DNA of 64,000 bases from Octopus vulgaris (taxonomy: Eukaryota), in the NCBI GenBank assembly GCA_951406725.2, contig OX597824.1, positions 94,178,001 through 94,242,000 on the forward strand, read 5' to 3'. The position numbers were made by a program, and so were the translations under genes. Below the pieces are notes generated by a model. The model was not told the origin of the DNA, did no database searches, and saw only the letters and a program-made list of their open reading frames with translations. This document shows positions 29,102-42,269 of this stretch, in pieces (positions within the stretch are counted from its first letter, which is position 1; the number at the start of each line of letters is the position of its first letter).

Positions 29102-29955
29102 ATACATATATATACATATACATACATATATATATATACATATATATATATACATACTTACATGTATATGTACATATATATATATATATTATTCTTTTAT
29201 TCTTTTACTTGTTTCACTCATTTGATTGCGACCATGCTGGAGCACATATACATAGTTTTAACTGCAGCTTAACCAATGACTAACCAATTTAAAGTATTCA
29301 GCTCAGCGTATGAGTATTTCAGGTTAAATTTTTAATTGAAGCGAGCGAAAATACTACGCTCGTAAACTCAGTTTATCTTCTTAACGAATTTACGTTTTCA
29401 GCCGCCATTTTCAAATGCCATTAGCTTAATCGCAAATTTTCTTAACTAAAACTTATTTAGTTAACCACAACTCGATCTACTTATCTACCAATAAACATCT
29501 CCCTTTCCCTTGACAATTTCTCTTCACAATTTTTCTTTTGATCATTCGTAAAATTGAAAGTAGAGTTAAATTTATATCCTTATATTTTTGATTTAACATC
29601 TTTACATCTCTCGAATTTCTACCAAAACTGGATATTCCGTAGAATTCCCTTGTTTTCTAAGACTAGAAATCAACCTCTAGTAAATGATTAAAAAAAACAT
29701 GGTTTAAAACTTATTATTCCAGTAGTATTTTCTCTTTAAGTAAAAGGAAAGAATTTTAAAGCCTTCACTGAAATAAAAATAAGTTCAGAAGTCATTTTTT
29801 ATTTATTGAAGTTAATCCCTTATCACAAAGCAAATTGGTTTTAAGAGGATAAATTTGACAGTCTTCAAAGTTCCTATCAAATTTTAACAAATGGATACAT
29901 GCACTCCATTAACGAAGCTCAGAAGGTCATTTTTTATATAATAATAATAATGATG

Positions 29956-29997
<42 letters not shown>

Positions 29998-30049
29998 TTA
30001 ATAATAATAATAATAATAATAACAACAACAATAATAATAATTATTATTA

Positions 30050-30089
<40 letters not shown>

Positions 30090-30092
30090 ATA

Positions 30093-30505
30093 GGCGTAGG
30101 ATTGGTTGTGTAGTAAGTAGCTTGCTTACGAACCACATGGTTCCGGGTTCAGTCCCACTGCGTGGCACCTTGGGCAAGTGTCTTCTACTCTAGCCTCGTC
30201 CGACCAAAGCCTTGTGAGTGGGTTTGGTAGACGGAAACTGAAGGAAGCCCATCGCATATATGTATATATATATATGTATGTGTGTGTATATGTTTGTGTG
30301 TCTGTGTTTGCCCCCCCCCCCCCCCACCAACATCTCTTGACAACCGATGCTGGTGTGTTTACGTTCCCGTAACTTAGCGGTTCGGCAAAAGAGACCGACA
30401 GAATAAGTACTAGGCTTACAAAGAATAAGTCCTGGGGTCGATTTGCTCGACTAAAGGCGGTGCTCCAGCATGGCCACAGTCAAATGACTGAAACAAGTAA
30501 AAGAG
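30093..30505 (+). mobile_element. Full-length family B tRNA-derived SINE with internal (AT)/(GT) microsatellite
   Basis: Head ggcgtaggattggttgtgtagtaag, B-box-like gggttcagtccc, CORE-like ccttgggcaagt, tail gtgctccagcatggccacagtcaaatgactgaaacaagtaaaagag. Confidence 0.9.
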
Positions 30506-30567
<62 letters not shown>

Positions 30568-30606
30568 TATTTTTATTTTTATTATTATTTTTTTATCATT
30601 ATTATA

Positions 30607-30657
<51 letters not shown>

Positions 30658-30675
30658 TTATTTTTATTTTTTTTA

Positions 30676-30707
<32 letters not shown>

Positions 30708-30726
30708 TTATTTTTATTTTTTTATA

Positions 30727-30768
<42 letters not shown>

Positions 30769-31465
30769 GTTGTTGTTGTTGCTATTATTATTACTACTAC
30801 TACTACTACTACTACCAGTACTATTGTTCATTCCATCAAATTAAACAGTTTTTATCCCTATATTTCACTTCCCGCGTCCATCATAATCCACAGGACTCCC
30901 GTAATCCTTTTCCCCTGCTAGCCATCAGTACCACTGTCCCTAGCTTTTCTCCACCTTTTCTCTTTAATAAATAAGCATTAAAACAGATTCGTTTATGCGC
31001 CAAGTAGGGCAGAAAAGCTGAGTCAACGAAATAACGTTTGCTTGCCATAACCTCTTATCCATAACCAGAAAGTTATCAGCTTCACTAATTCTCATGCAGG
31101 ATTAACCAAAACAATTTATCTGTTTAAACGTAAATATTACCGCCAAAGCACAAAGCTATTTAGTTAAGTGGAGAGAAATAAAACACACACACACAGAGAA
31201 ACCCGTCCGCTAAAGCGGGACTTAACATCAATTTAAACTTTATGTAATCCCTACAACCTCTCAGCAATCCTTCGATAACGTTTATGTTATTCCGGAATTC
31301 TTGCTTGGCGTTTGCATGAATACGTGTCTGCTTAGGATTATTTTAAGTGCGCATGTGTGTGCATGCATGCGTGTGTGTCTGCATGTGTGTGTCTGCGTGT
31401 GTGTGCGTGTGTGTCTAAGTATATGCGTCTGCGTCTGTTTTATGAACTACATACATTTAGGCGTC

Positions 31466-31508
<43 letters not shown>

Positions 31509-31572
31509 GTGTGTGTCTGTGTGTTTGTGCTATATTAGTAAATATATATATTTATATATTTATATATTTATA

Positions 31573-31624
<52 letters not shown>

Positions 31625-31627
<3 letters not shown>

Positions 31628-31835
31628 TTTTATTCGTTCAGTCATTTGGTTGCGGCCATGCTGGAGCACCGCCTTTAGTCGAACAAATCGACTCCCACGC
31701 CAGGACTTATTCTCTGTTAAGCGTAGTACTTATTCTATCGGTCTCTTTTGCAGAAACGCTATGTTACAGGGACATAAACGCACCAACATCGATTGTCAAA
31801 TGATGGTGGGTGGACAAAAACAGACACACAAGCAA
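31625..31835 (-). mobile_element. 3' half of family B SINE
   Basis: Reverse complement of 30300-30505. Confidence 0.85.
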
Positions 31836-31911
31836 ACACACACACACAAACACGCACATATAATATATATACATACATACATATATATATTATATATATA
31901 TACATACATAC

Positions 31912-32004
<93 letters not shown>

Positions 32005-32398
32005 CCACAGCCAGCCTATACTCAACTCGTCCTGTCGAAAGACGCTTGTCCTGACGTCTTGGTTTTGTTATTATTGTTTTGACGTTGTTTTGTATTCTTA
32101 TCCGTGCTATCGTTATTGTTTTTACGTATTTTTGAATTTTTTTCGAGTAACATCGTCCGTTTTTCCGTCACCGTGTTGTATACTTTCGAGGTTTTCTTCC
32201 AAGGAATCTAATGCGACTGGCTTAGATTTCCCTTGGCGGGCTGCCCAGATTGGAGCAATCTCAAGATTAATCAGCCGAAATTGCGAAGATGATCTGGTTC
32301 TTGACTGATGACTGAGAGCTTCGAAAGTCCCGTCTGTGTGTTTTTTTGTCGTCTTCAAAATGTTTCACGTTCTTGTCCCAGTTTGTGTTTTTTTTAAC

Positions 32399-32444
<46 letters not shown>

Positions 32445-32471
32445 TTTATTTAAAGCAGCAGAAAATTCAAC

Positions 32472-32519
32472 AAAATCTGTTACTCTGAGTTTCGCGTTGC
32501 CGTTCATCGGACAGTTTTT
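32472..32519 (-). ncRNA. Minimal type I hammerhead ribozyme motif, Penelope-type
   Basis: Minus strand: AAAAACTGT-CCGATGA-ACG GCAA CGC-GAAA-CTC A GAG-TA-ACAGATTTT; stems I, II and III and a GUA triplet are present; core has U4>C. Confidence 0.7.
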
Positions 32520-32580
32520 ACTCCGGTATATATATATAGGAGAGTATTGTAGTTCGCTTGAAGCATTGTGTATTGTTTGT

Positions 32581-32760
32581 AAAGAATAAAAAAGTTTTGA
32601 ATGGTACAACAATGCACTATAATACAGACAATGGGCTTTATCAGAAGAATATCTGAAGAATAGTATTCCGAAATATCGTATCAGACTACGGATGACTAAA
32701 TTACAACAACAGTGTCTATATTATAGTGCATTGTTGCACCATCAGACCTTTTTATTCGTT
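32581..32760. repeat. ~50 bp inverted repeat enclosing a hammerhead-like remnant
   Basis: 32581-32630 versus 32713-32760 reverse complement; spacer contains CTGAAGA...CCGAAATATCGTATC. Confidence 0.75.
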
Positions 32761-32891
32761 ATATGTATGTACGTATGTATGTATCTATCTATCTATAGCT
32801 AATTCCTTCCTTCATTGTTTCATGATATAAGTGAGTGTTTCTGTGTATGTGTGTGTGTTCGTCTGTGCGTGTGCGCGTGTGTGTCTTATGC

Positions 32892-33059
<168 letters not shown>

Positions 33060-33301
33060 GATTAATTGATAGATACATAAATATTTGCATTCATGCATGC
33101 ATAAATACATGCGTATATAGATACATACATACACGCACACATACATACACACATGCACATACAGACATATGTACATACACAGATGCATACCTATATACAG
33201 AGATATTGCTACACCGAAATTTGCATAGCGATTTATGAAGATTAAAATCCACTGAATTCATAGTACTGATTCCGTTCTGTCTTTTAGTTAATCTCTTATG
33301 C

Positions 33302-33338
<37 letters not shown>

Positions 33339-33447
33339 TGTGTGGGGGTGTCTCTGTGTGGGTGGGGGTATATATTTCATTCTCTGATATCCTTCTATAT
33401 TCCCTATCTTTTCCACAATAATTCGAACTCAAATATTTTCTCACAAC

Positions 33448-33495
33448 GTCTCTGATGAAGGGTTATCCATAATATCCCAGAAACAGCTGTAAGAC
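33448..33495 (+). ncRNA. Minimal type I hammerhead ribozyme with intact core
   Basis: GTCT-CTGATGA-AGGGTTATCCATAATATCCCA-GAAA-CAGCTG-TA-AGAC: stem I GTCT/AGAC, stem II GGG/CCC, palindromic stem III ACAGCTGT, GUA site. Confidence 0.8.
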
Positions 33496-33784
33496 TATTT
33501 ATTCATGTATATATACAGACTATATATGTGTGGTGGGGTTTAAATGGATATGCATACGTATATATAGATATATTTATATATATATACACATAAATGTATA
33601 GAGATCTATAATTTAAAAAAAAACTTTCTGAAACTATAAACTATATGAACATATCTTTAAAAGACAGAATGATACAATCCTTTTGAAATAAACTTTCCGT
33701 ATAGTGTATAAACGATTTTTCTGTTATATAATAGGTGTATTTGATAAACCGTTAACAGTGAAACCACTCACGCAGAATACGAAA

Positions 33785-34015
33785 GGCGACTAGCTGGCAG
33801 AAACGTTAGCACGCCGGACGAAATGCTTAGCGGTATTTCGTCTGCCGTTACTTTCTGAGTTCAAATTCCACCGAGGTCGATTTTGCCTTTCATCCTTTCG
33901 GGGACAATAAATTAAGTACCAGTTACGAACTGGGGTCGATATAATCAGCTTAATCCCTTTGTCTATCCTTGTTTGTCTCCTCTATGTGTAGCCCCTTGTG
34001 GGCAGTAAAGAAATA
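33785..34015 (+). mobile_element. Full-length family A SINE
   Basis: 11-bp TSD AGAATACGAAA at 33774-33784 and 34016-34026. Confidence 0.92.
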
Positions 34016-34734
34016 AGAATACGAAACTCTTATTTCGAATATATTCGTCTTATTTTCTTTCGTATTAAAAAAAATTTATTCATTTGATAAAATAAATTTT
34101 CAAAAAAATCTTTCTTCGTGTATCGTAACTGTATCAAGAATTTTTTGCAAAAGTTTTATAACATATATACTTTTGAAGGTATATATACATACATGAATAC
34201 ACACGTACACATGTACATACATTCATATTTGTGTGGGGGGGATAGTGGTGTAGGAAGACAGAATTAATCAATCCTTAGTAATTATAAAAAGCAACTTTCA
34301 TGAACAATTGTGGTTCATTGAGATAGAATCTTGTAGATTTTTTTTTTGTATCGAAGTACGATAAACTGAAAAAAGTTCTGTTTATATTTCACGGTAGGCG
34401 ACCAGGTTTGCCGGGTGTGCAAATAAGAATACGAGAGTTGTGGAATGGCGTAGAGAAGACCCGAGATACATACGTTTCATAGCGAGCAGAACCGCTGAAG
34501 TGGTAAATGTCCAAGCGAGGTGTATACCGCAGGCTACTCTTCAAGCCAAGGATATCTTGATTAAATGAAAGTTTACATTGTCGCAAGGAGCTACAAGCTA
34601 ACACATGGAAGATGCTGGTTGAATTTTTCCTGTGTTAACATGTACCTCATTGCGACAGTGTAGAAAACTTTTTAATAAAAAGTTTTGGGTGTGAATAAAT
34701 CTCCACTGTCCTCTTCGTTTTCAGTTATATAGCT

Positions 34735-34902
34735 TGACTGCTAAATCCACAATTTTTTTTTCTCTCTGTTTATTTCCTATGCTGAAGAGCATAGGCTCGA
34801 AACATAAAAGACTTTTTCACTTTCCCGAGCGTCAAACTAATACACTTGCTTGTTGTTCATACACCTGTCTTCATCTTTTGTTTCTCTGTAAGTTTCAACT
34901 GT
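34735..34902 (+). mobile_element. Putative Penelope-like terminal repeat fragment with hammerhead-like remnant
   Basis: GAGC ATAG GCTC GAAA CATA hairpin plus GAAA; similar to 56600-56735 (GAGC TTT GCTC GAAACGTA...gagcgtc...taatac). Confidence 0.45.
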
Positions 34903-34923
34903 ATATATATATATGTGTGTGTT

Positions 34924-34964
<41 letters not shown>

Positions 34965-35537
34965 ATATATATATGTGTGTGTATGTATGTATGTGTATAT
35001 ATATATATATACGTATGTATGTGTATATGTATATGTGTATATGAGCCCAATGTAGAGGATGTATGCCACACTAGTAAACTAATGTTATCCCGTGTTTAGG
35101 AAAAGTTATGAATTATTGACTAGCGCCCTATCCTGTAGGAGATCAATCTCTCATCCACTTGAACCGGAGTTAAGTGCCGTCCCCATGGATCCCATAGCGA
35201 ACCCCAAAACCGTTTTGCTGGTTGGAGAATTCCTAAATACTTCGTGTTCCTGTAGTTTATCGAGGTTTAATCATTCCTAATAGGGGCCATTTCACTCCAG
35301 CATTACCGCCGGAAGGAGAGAGAGTACATCTTAGTACTGACATTTAGCAAAACACTCGTCATCTTTATAGTGTTGCCTCTGCTTACAGCTATGTATTGTT
35401 GTGTTGTTTTAATTGTTTGGCTGCGAGTCAACTTGACTGAGTCAGCCCATGATCAAATGCATTTCAGACATGACCATCCCCAAAAGTTTTCAAGTAGTAT
35501 TTAATCTACATTAACCAGTATAACTTTAATGAGGGGC

Positions 35538-35704
35538 GTTACATTCTGAGTTCAAATTCCGCCGAGGTCGACTTTGCCTTTCATCCTTTCGGGGTCGATA
35601 AATTAAGTACCAGTTACGCACTGGGGTCGATATAATCGACTTAATCCGTTTGTCTGTCCTTGTTTGTCCTCTCTGTTCTTCGCCCCTTGTGGGTAGTAAA
35701 GAAA
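35538..35704 (+). mobile_element. 5'-truncated family A SINE
   Basis: TSD TAACTTTAATGAGGGGC at 35521-35537 and 35705-35721. Confidence 0.92.
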
Positions 35705-35879
35705 TAACTTTAATGAGGGGCATTTGGCTATTCTTTTTTTTTTCTAGCAGGGTTCTTCTTCATTGTATAATTGTTATACAATTGTATAAAATTGTTATTT
35801 TTTTTTACTTTTATTGCATTTTTTTAATTGTACGAAATCTCTATTCAGATCTATTATCTTTGACAGTATCTTGGCAGCA

Positions 35880-35970
35880 GAAACACAATCTGGTTCTCGT
35901 TCGAGGAATTCGAACTGCCAGTCTCTGGTTTGATAGCCAAGCAGCTTACCGCCTACTAAATCCTATATGA
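35880..35970 (-). mobile_element. tRNA-like SINE head of a distinct family
   Basis: Minus strand ggatttagtaggcggtaagctgcttggctatcaaaccagagactggcagttcgaattcc shows A-box-like and B-box motifs at tRNA spacing. Confidence 0.5.
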
Positions 35971-36264
35971 TATATACTTGCAATTATATATAAAAATGTT
36001 CAGAAACGCAGCAGACCAGAAGAAAAAAAAATATTTAAAGAATATAACGTCCACCCATCTTTCTTTCCCCTCCACCCCGAATGCATACTCATACTCACTC
36101 CACGTCCATCGTCCCTCCCCGACCCCTGTTTCGTTTTTTGTTTCTTTCTATCGTTCCTGCTTCTTAACCATCTTCTCTCGTGTATTTTCTAATCTTAAGA
36201 TCAACGCCATTCTAACTTTTTCTGCAAATAAAATTGTCTTTGTTTTATTTTTCTCTTTGTGTTT

Positions 36265-36282
36265 ATTTCTTTCTTTCTTTCC

Positions 36283-36314
<32 letters not shown>

Positions 36315-36530
36315 TTAACTCTCTTTCTTCTTTGTATCTATTGGTCAGTCTCTCTCTCCTTTCCCTCTCTCTCCTTTGTATCTATCACTCAGACTCTCTC
36401 GCTCTCTCTCTCCTTTCCCTCTCACCCCCTCCCTCTCTTAACTAACTAACTCTCTTACTCTGTCGAGTTTTCTCTCTGTCTTCCTCTTTCTCTGTCTCTC
36501 TTTATCTCTCTCTCCTTTGTATCTATTGCT

Positions 36531-36565
<35 letters not shown>

Positions 36566-37204
36566 TCTTTCTCATTCTTTTTCTTTTTCCCTTGTATCTA
36601 TCACTCAGTCTCTCTCGCTCTCTCTCTCTCTCCTTTCCCTCTCACTCACTTCCTCACTCTCTCTTACTCTGTCGAGTTTTCTCTCTGTCTTCCTCTTTCT
36701 CTGTCTCTCTTTATCTCTCTCTCCTTTGTATCTATTGCTCAGTCTCTCTCTCTCTCTCTCTCTTACTCTTTCTCATTCTTTTTCTTTCTCCCTTGTATCT
36801 ATCACTCAGTCTCTCTCGCTCTCTCTCTCCTTTCCCTCTCACTCACTTCCTCACTCTCTCTCTCTTGCGCTGTCGATTTTTCTCTCTGTCTCCCTCTTTC
36901 TCTGTCTCTCTTTCTCGTTCTCTCTCTTTTTCTGTCTCACATTCTCTTTCTTTCTCAGTCTCTCTAGCTTTCTCTATATATCTCTTTCTTTCTCATTGTC
37001 TCTCCCGTTCTCTCTCTCCTTTTCCCTCTCTCTCTCTCTTTCTCACACACTCTCCTTGTCTCTGTCTCTATCTGCCTCTCCTCTTTTCTCTCTCCCCGTC
37101 TTTCTCTCTCTCTCTGCCCCTCTCTGTCTCTATCTCACACACTCTCTCTCTATCTACTTATCTATCCTTCTATCTTTATCTATCTCTCTCACTGTCTCTC
37201 ACTG

Positions 37205-37235
<31 letters not shown>

Positions 37236-37245
37236 CTATCTCTTT
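36265..37245. repeat. (CT)n-rich tract with a ~210 bp tandem duplication
   Basis: ctctcttactctgtcgagttttctctctgtcttcc... recurs near 36450 and 36660, degenerately near 36860. Confidence 0.9.
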
Positions 37246-37896
37246 CAAACGTACCGAATATAAATAAATCAAAGATAAAATAAAACAGAAACCAACAACA
37301 AATAAAAACAACAACAACAACAATGACCTCAACCACCACAACAAGAACATCACCAACCACCACCAACTACCACCAACACCGCCACCACTACTACAATTAC
37401 CGCAACAAGATCATCATCGACCACAATAAATACATCACCAACCACCCCCAACTACCACCACCACCACCACCAATACCACCACCACTGTACCGCAACAAGA
37501 ACAACAGCCACAACTACTAACGAAAGCCTTTGATCTTCTCATTTTTATTTAAACGCTACCACGTTAGGTGTTTCATTAATAAATTTTAAATTTTTTTCCA
37601 AAACTTTGTTTTCCATGCCTTTTCTTCGTGTCCTTTTACGATTAATTTCAACATGTTTATACATTTGTTATATATTCATGTTCTAGTGAAGAAAAGGAAA
37701 TTTATATATTTTTTTTTTCAGCCTTAGACGGAGAAAATAATTAACAAATAAAAAGAAGATTAAAATGAATTAAAAACAGTAAAAAGAGAAAGAAAACAGA
37801 ATATAAAAAATTTAAATTAAATTTAAAAATAAAATTGATTAAATTTTAAAATAAAGTCTTTAAACAACGACATTGTTTTATTAGTTTTATTACGAG

Positions 37897-37944
<48 letters not shown>

Positions 37945-37987
37945 CATATTCATTATTATTATCATTATTATTATTATTATTATTATT

Positions 37988-38285
37988 GAGTGAGAGAGCA
38001 GTTCATGCCATCAAAGTGACACTGAGGTAAAATATACGAAGCCCAATATACCCATCATGACTACCCGTCTGATAAGGGTACACCAGGCACATGCATCACA
38101 ACCATATGTGCGCGAAATGGTGATCTCATATCAAGATAAACAGCACATGACCTTGCAGGTGGGGCCCAGTTAGAATTTTCTTCAGGTTGAGTAGCTCAAA
38201 AGGTCCCTGAATAAGGGTTGTTTAAGGATGTTGAAAGAACCACCCATGTTTCCAGAGGTGAATTATTCCAACCCCAAAGAATCCC

Positions 38286-38286
<1 letters not shown>
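37988..38286 (-). mobile_element. Non-coding (TAA)n-associated repeat
   Basis: Reverse complement of 17178-17290 plus 17730-17862; (TTA)n on both sides. Confidence 0.8.
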
Positions 38287-38352
<66 letters not shown>

Positions 38353-38874
38353 GATTATTATTATTATTATCACCGTTATTATTTGAAAAGTAAGAGACCT
38401 CTCCGATGGCATAATCTCTAAGATGCAGGTCCATTTTTGAGAATTTGCATACAGAAATTTGAAAGTCCACACATCTATATGGAAGTAACGATTTTGAGAA
38501 CCCTGATAATTAACAATATGTCTGTCTTAGAGAATAATGGTAGAGAGACAATTAGACCTGAAATATTCTGTGAGACAATATCAAGATTTTGGAAGGTTGT
38601 ATAGCTCTGCTATGAAAACAAGATCACAATGAGAGAATATGGAACGGACAATTAAGACGCTGTGGCCATTTGTTCAACAGGTGAATGGAGGCAGAAGAGC
38701 AGTAGCTGCTGTTTTTTTGTTGTTGTTGCTTTTGTATTAATTACGATAAGTCTCATGCAATGTGTGGTGTCAATATGCACATAAGCTGTGTGCACGGAAT
38801 CTGGTGAGATCTGGTGAGATCTAGGATGAAACTAATCATAAAGATAGATAGAGCCACAGTTTGATAGATAGATA

Positions 38875-39465
38875 TGTTTCTTTATTAGCCACACAGGGCT
38901 GCACACAGACAGGACAAATTACAAGGTAGAGCTTTTCTTTTGGTTTTCGATCAAAAGGGATCGTAAAAGGAAAGAAAGAGGACAAAAAAGGGGGTGGGAT
39001 AGAAAATAAATGGAAAAGGAAAAAAATCGATCAATAGGGATCGTTAACACAGAAATGTCAATATAAAGTGTAAAGGGGAGGACAGGTGAGGTTTACCCGT
39101 GGAAAGAAAAGCCTACGGAAAAGACCACGGTAACCTCGGTCAATGAAGTCACATGTTATATTTCTTTTTTTTTTTGCAAATAAGCAACTCTCTGTATTAA
39201 TTTTTACGGTTCATAGGATCATAGTCAAGGTGGCTTCGTCATTCATACGTGCCATCCTTGCTACATTCACCCATCATTTTTTAAAACATTTACTAGACAA
39301 AACTTGCCTCTCTACTCTCACTTTCCTCTTCAAGTGATACTTGAAGAAGTTGATGAGAGATTGACCAGAGAAAGTGTTTGTCTCTAATCCTTTCAGGCGC
39401 GTCCACCAGATACATTCTTTCGCCATAGCCACAAGTATGATAAAAATAGCTCTTCCTTCCCGATT
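38875..39465 (-). mobile_element. Tx1/L1-like LINE 3' end (ORF2 C-terminus plus 3' UTR)
   Basis: NREGRAIFIILVAMAKECIWWTRLKGLETNTFSGQSLINFFKYHLKRKVRVERQVL...WVNVARMARMND; UTR ends GCTAATAAAGAAAC; GATA repeats on both sides; homologous to 53729-54095. Confidence 0.7.
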
Positions 39466-39501
<36 letters not shown>

Positions 39502-39587
39502 CATACATACATACATACATACATACATACATACATGCATACATACATAAATACACACAAGCATACATACACACATACATAGATACA

Positions 39588-39618
<31 letters not shown>

Positions 39619-39854
39619 ATACATACATACATACATACAAACATACATACATACAAACATGATGAGAAGTAAGAAAACAGAGAGGCAGATGAATTAAGAG
39701 AGAGATAGGGTATTTCAAAGTATTTACTCTCCACATATTTTTAGAATTTAAATAATTGGTTTTACACTTGTACACATGCATAGTAGTATCTATATATGCA
39801 TGTATGCATGTATGTATGTATGTATGTATGTATGTATGTATGTGTGTGTGTGTA

Positions 39855-39903
<49 letters not shown>

Positions 39904-39941
39904 GTATGTATTTATGTATGCATGTGTGTATGTATGTATGT

Positions 39942-39980
<39 letters not shown>

Positions 39981-40093
39981 TTTACATACACATGTACATA
40001 TATACAATATACATATATATACATATACATACATACATATACATGTTTATATATATATGCATATATATACATATATATATATGTATACTATGC

Positions 40094-40129
<36 letters not shown>

Positions 40130-41002
40130 ACACGTATATATATATGTATGTGTGTGTGTGTATGTATATAGAGAGATAAATATTTACACACACGCAAACA
40201 CATATATATACATCATATACATACATATATACACATGCATAATGTATACATACATGCATATACACATATATATGTGTGTATGTATGTTTGTATGTACGTA
40301 TGTACGTATGTATGTATGTATGTATGTATGTATGTACGTATGTATGTATGTATGTATGTATGTATGTATGTATATATGTATGTATGTATGTATCTATGTA
40401 TGTATGTATGTATGTATGTATGTATGTATGTATGTATGTATGTACGTGCGTATGTATGTATGTACGTACTTCTGCAACAATTAAGTTAAATAAAATACTA
40501 TTTCAATTCCAATTTTATTTGAGTATGAATCTAGTCTTGAAGATAGAAAAAGAAAACTACACATGTTAAGCAAAGCATTCATGCATATACAATACACAAA
40601 CCGTTTACATGAATGAGAAACATAAAAATAATTATCAAGTGGATACACTCTTTAAAAATTGTTTTTGTCTGCATCCATACTATCTCCATTATTCCTTTGT
40701 TGACGATTTTAAGATATTCACTAGAATTATTTACAAATCTGAAAAACAGCTGGATTTAATAAATATTTTCCGCTGATATGATAGAGGAGTCGAAATTTCG
40801 CTAAAGGAAATATTCATTCTTTGCAACCGCGTATGGAGAAAATGTTTTTTGAAACGAAAGATGTTTATCATCATTGTTTCATAGAATGAGTTCTGCATCA
40901 GCTTATAGTTCTTAGGCTCGTCCTTCAAGTCTCTGAAGATGACCAGTTTATCACCTTTACATTTTGTTGGTCCTGAGATGAGTTATTGAATCAGTTTTGG
41001 CA

Positions 41003-41417
41003 GGCGAGCTGGCAGAATCGTTAGCACGCCGGACGAAATGCTTAGCGGTATTTCGTCTCCTCTTACGTTCTGAGTTCAAATTCCGCCGAGGTCGACTTTA
41101 CTTTTCATCCTTTCGGGGTCGATTAAATAAGTACCAGTTACGCACTGGAGTCGATGTAATCGACTTAATACCTATGTCTGTCCTTGTTTGTCCCCTCTAC
41201 GTTTAGCCCCTTGTGGGTAATAAAGAAATAGGTATTTCGTCTGCCGCTACGTTCTGAGTTCAAATTCCGCCGAGGTCGACTTTACCTTTCATCCTTTCGG
41301 GGTCTATTAAATAAGTATCAGTTACGCACTGGGGTCGATATAATCGACTTAATCCGTTTATCTGTCCTTGTTTGTCCTCTCTGTGTTTAGCCCCTTGTGG
41401 GTAGTAAAGAAATAGGT
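41003..41417 (+). mobile_element. Family A SINE: full unit followed by a second headless unit
   Basis: Junction aagaaata-ggtatttcgtctgcc at ~41231. Confidence 0.9.
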
Positions 41418-41942
41418 TACAATGAGGAACGTAAAAGCAGAGTCAATACCATGTACGACCCTTGTTAATGTAAAGCCGTCTACTTTAGTAATCGATTTAT
41501 TACGTCGCTCGATTTAGCACCATCACTTGGCATCTTGCCTTTAATAAATTCTATTCTGTAGACAAAATTCAGGTCATCGATTTGAGGATCTTTGCTTCCT
41601 CGTGTCCATCAGTCCTCGAGGCACAGTAAAAAGATCACGGACACAATCAACTCTCCGAAACGAATGCGCTTTAAAAGTACATCTTATGAGTTCATCTACT
41701 CAACTACTGCCCGAACGAACGAAGTTCACCAGAGCCCTCGAAGAGGAACAATCAGTATAACTGCGCACCAAGTTACTCTCGACAGAAAGTATATTCTGTC
41801 TTGGACTCTTAACCATTATGTCGTATCCTATTCTGAAGGACTTGTTTATGCACCCCCAGAGCAAGGGATTGCTATTATCGAACGACGAAGACATGATATT
41901 TTGGGGAGATTAAATAATTGGTTCCAGGGAAAATACGTGCAT

Positions 41943-42065
41943 ACATGAGGTGTAGTCATAAAGTATCCGACCTTTGGTCAAAAATCAATATTTAAAAAAC
42001 CTCACCAATTTGACTTAGTCTCCTTCAAATTATTCGCGTTGGGAGTCTACACACTTCTGTCAATC
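41943..42065 (-). mobile_element. Mariner 3' terminal remnant
   Basis: Minus strand QKCVDSQRE*FEGD* resembles the mariner C-terminus (KCV..GEYFE); TIR-like gaggtgtagtcataaagtatccgac. Confidence 0.55.
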
Positions 42066-42269
42066 AAGGAGAAAGAAGATAACTACTATTTCAAAACTTT
42101 CTTTTTGTAAACCTCGATTACGAACTCATGTATATTATCAATAATAATGGGCGCACTTGATTTTGTGAGTAAAGTTCTAAGCGATAATTTGGGAAGGCCA
42201 GGTTTTCCTGAAGGAGAAATTAACCCGACAAATACACTCTGTAAGCGGAAGAGTAAAGTAGGGTTGGGT

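Noticed and set aside
32305-32335. Hammerhead at CTGATGA...GAAA (also 44813 minus, 52746, 60483)
   Set aside because: Core words are present but stems I, II and III cannot be formed, or GAAA is missing.
38400-38700. CR1-like LINE remnant
   Set aside because: Only short motifs (KILEG, LFN) are suggestive; too decayed to call without a search.
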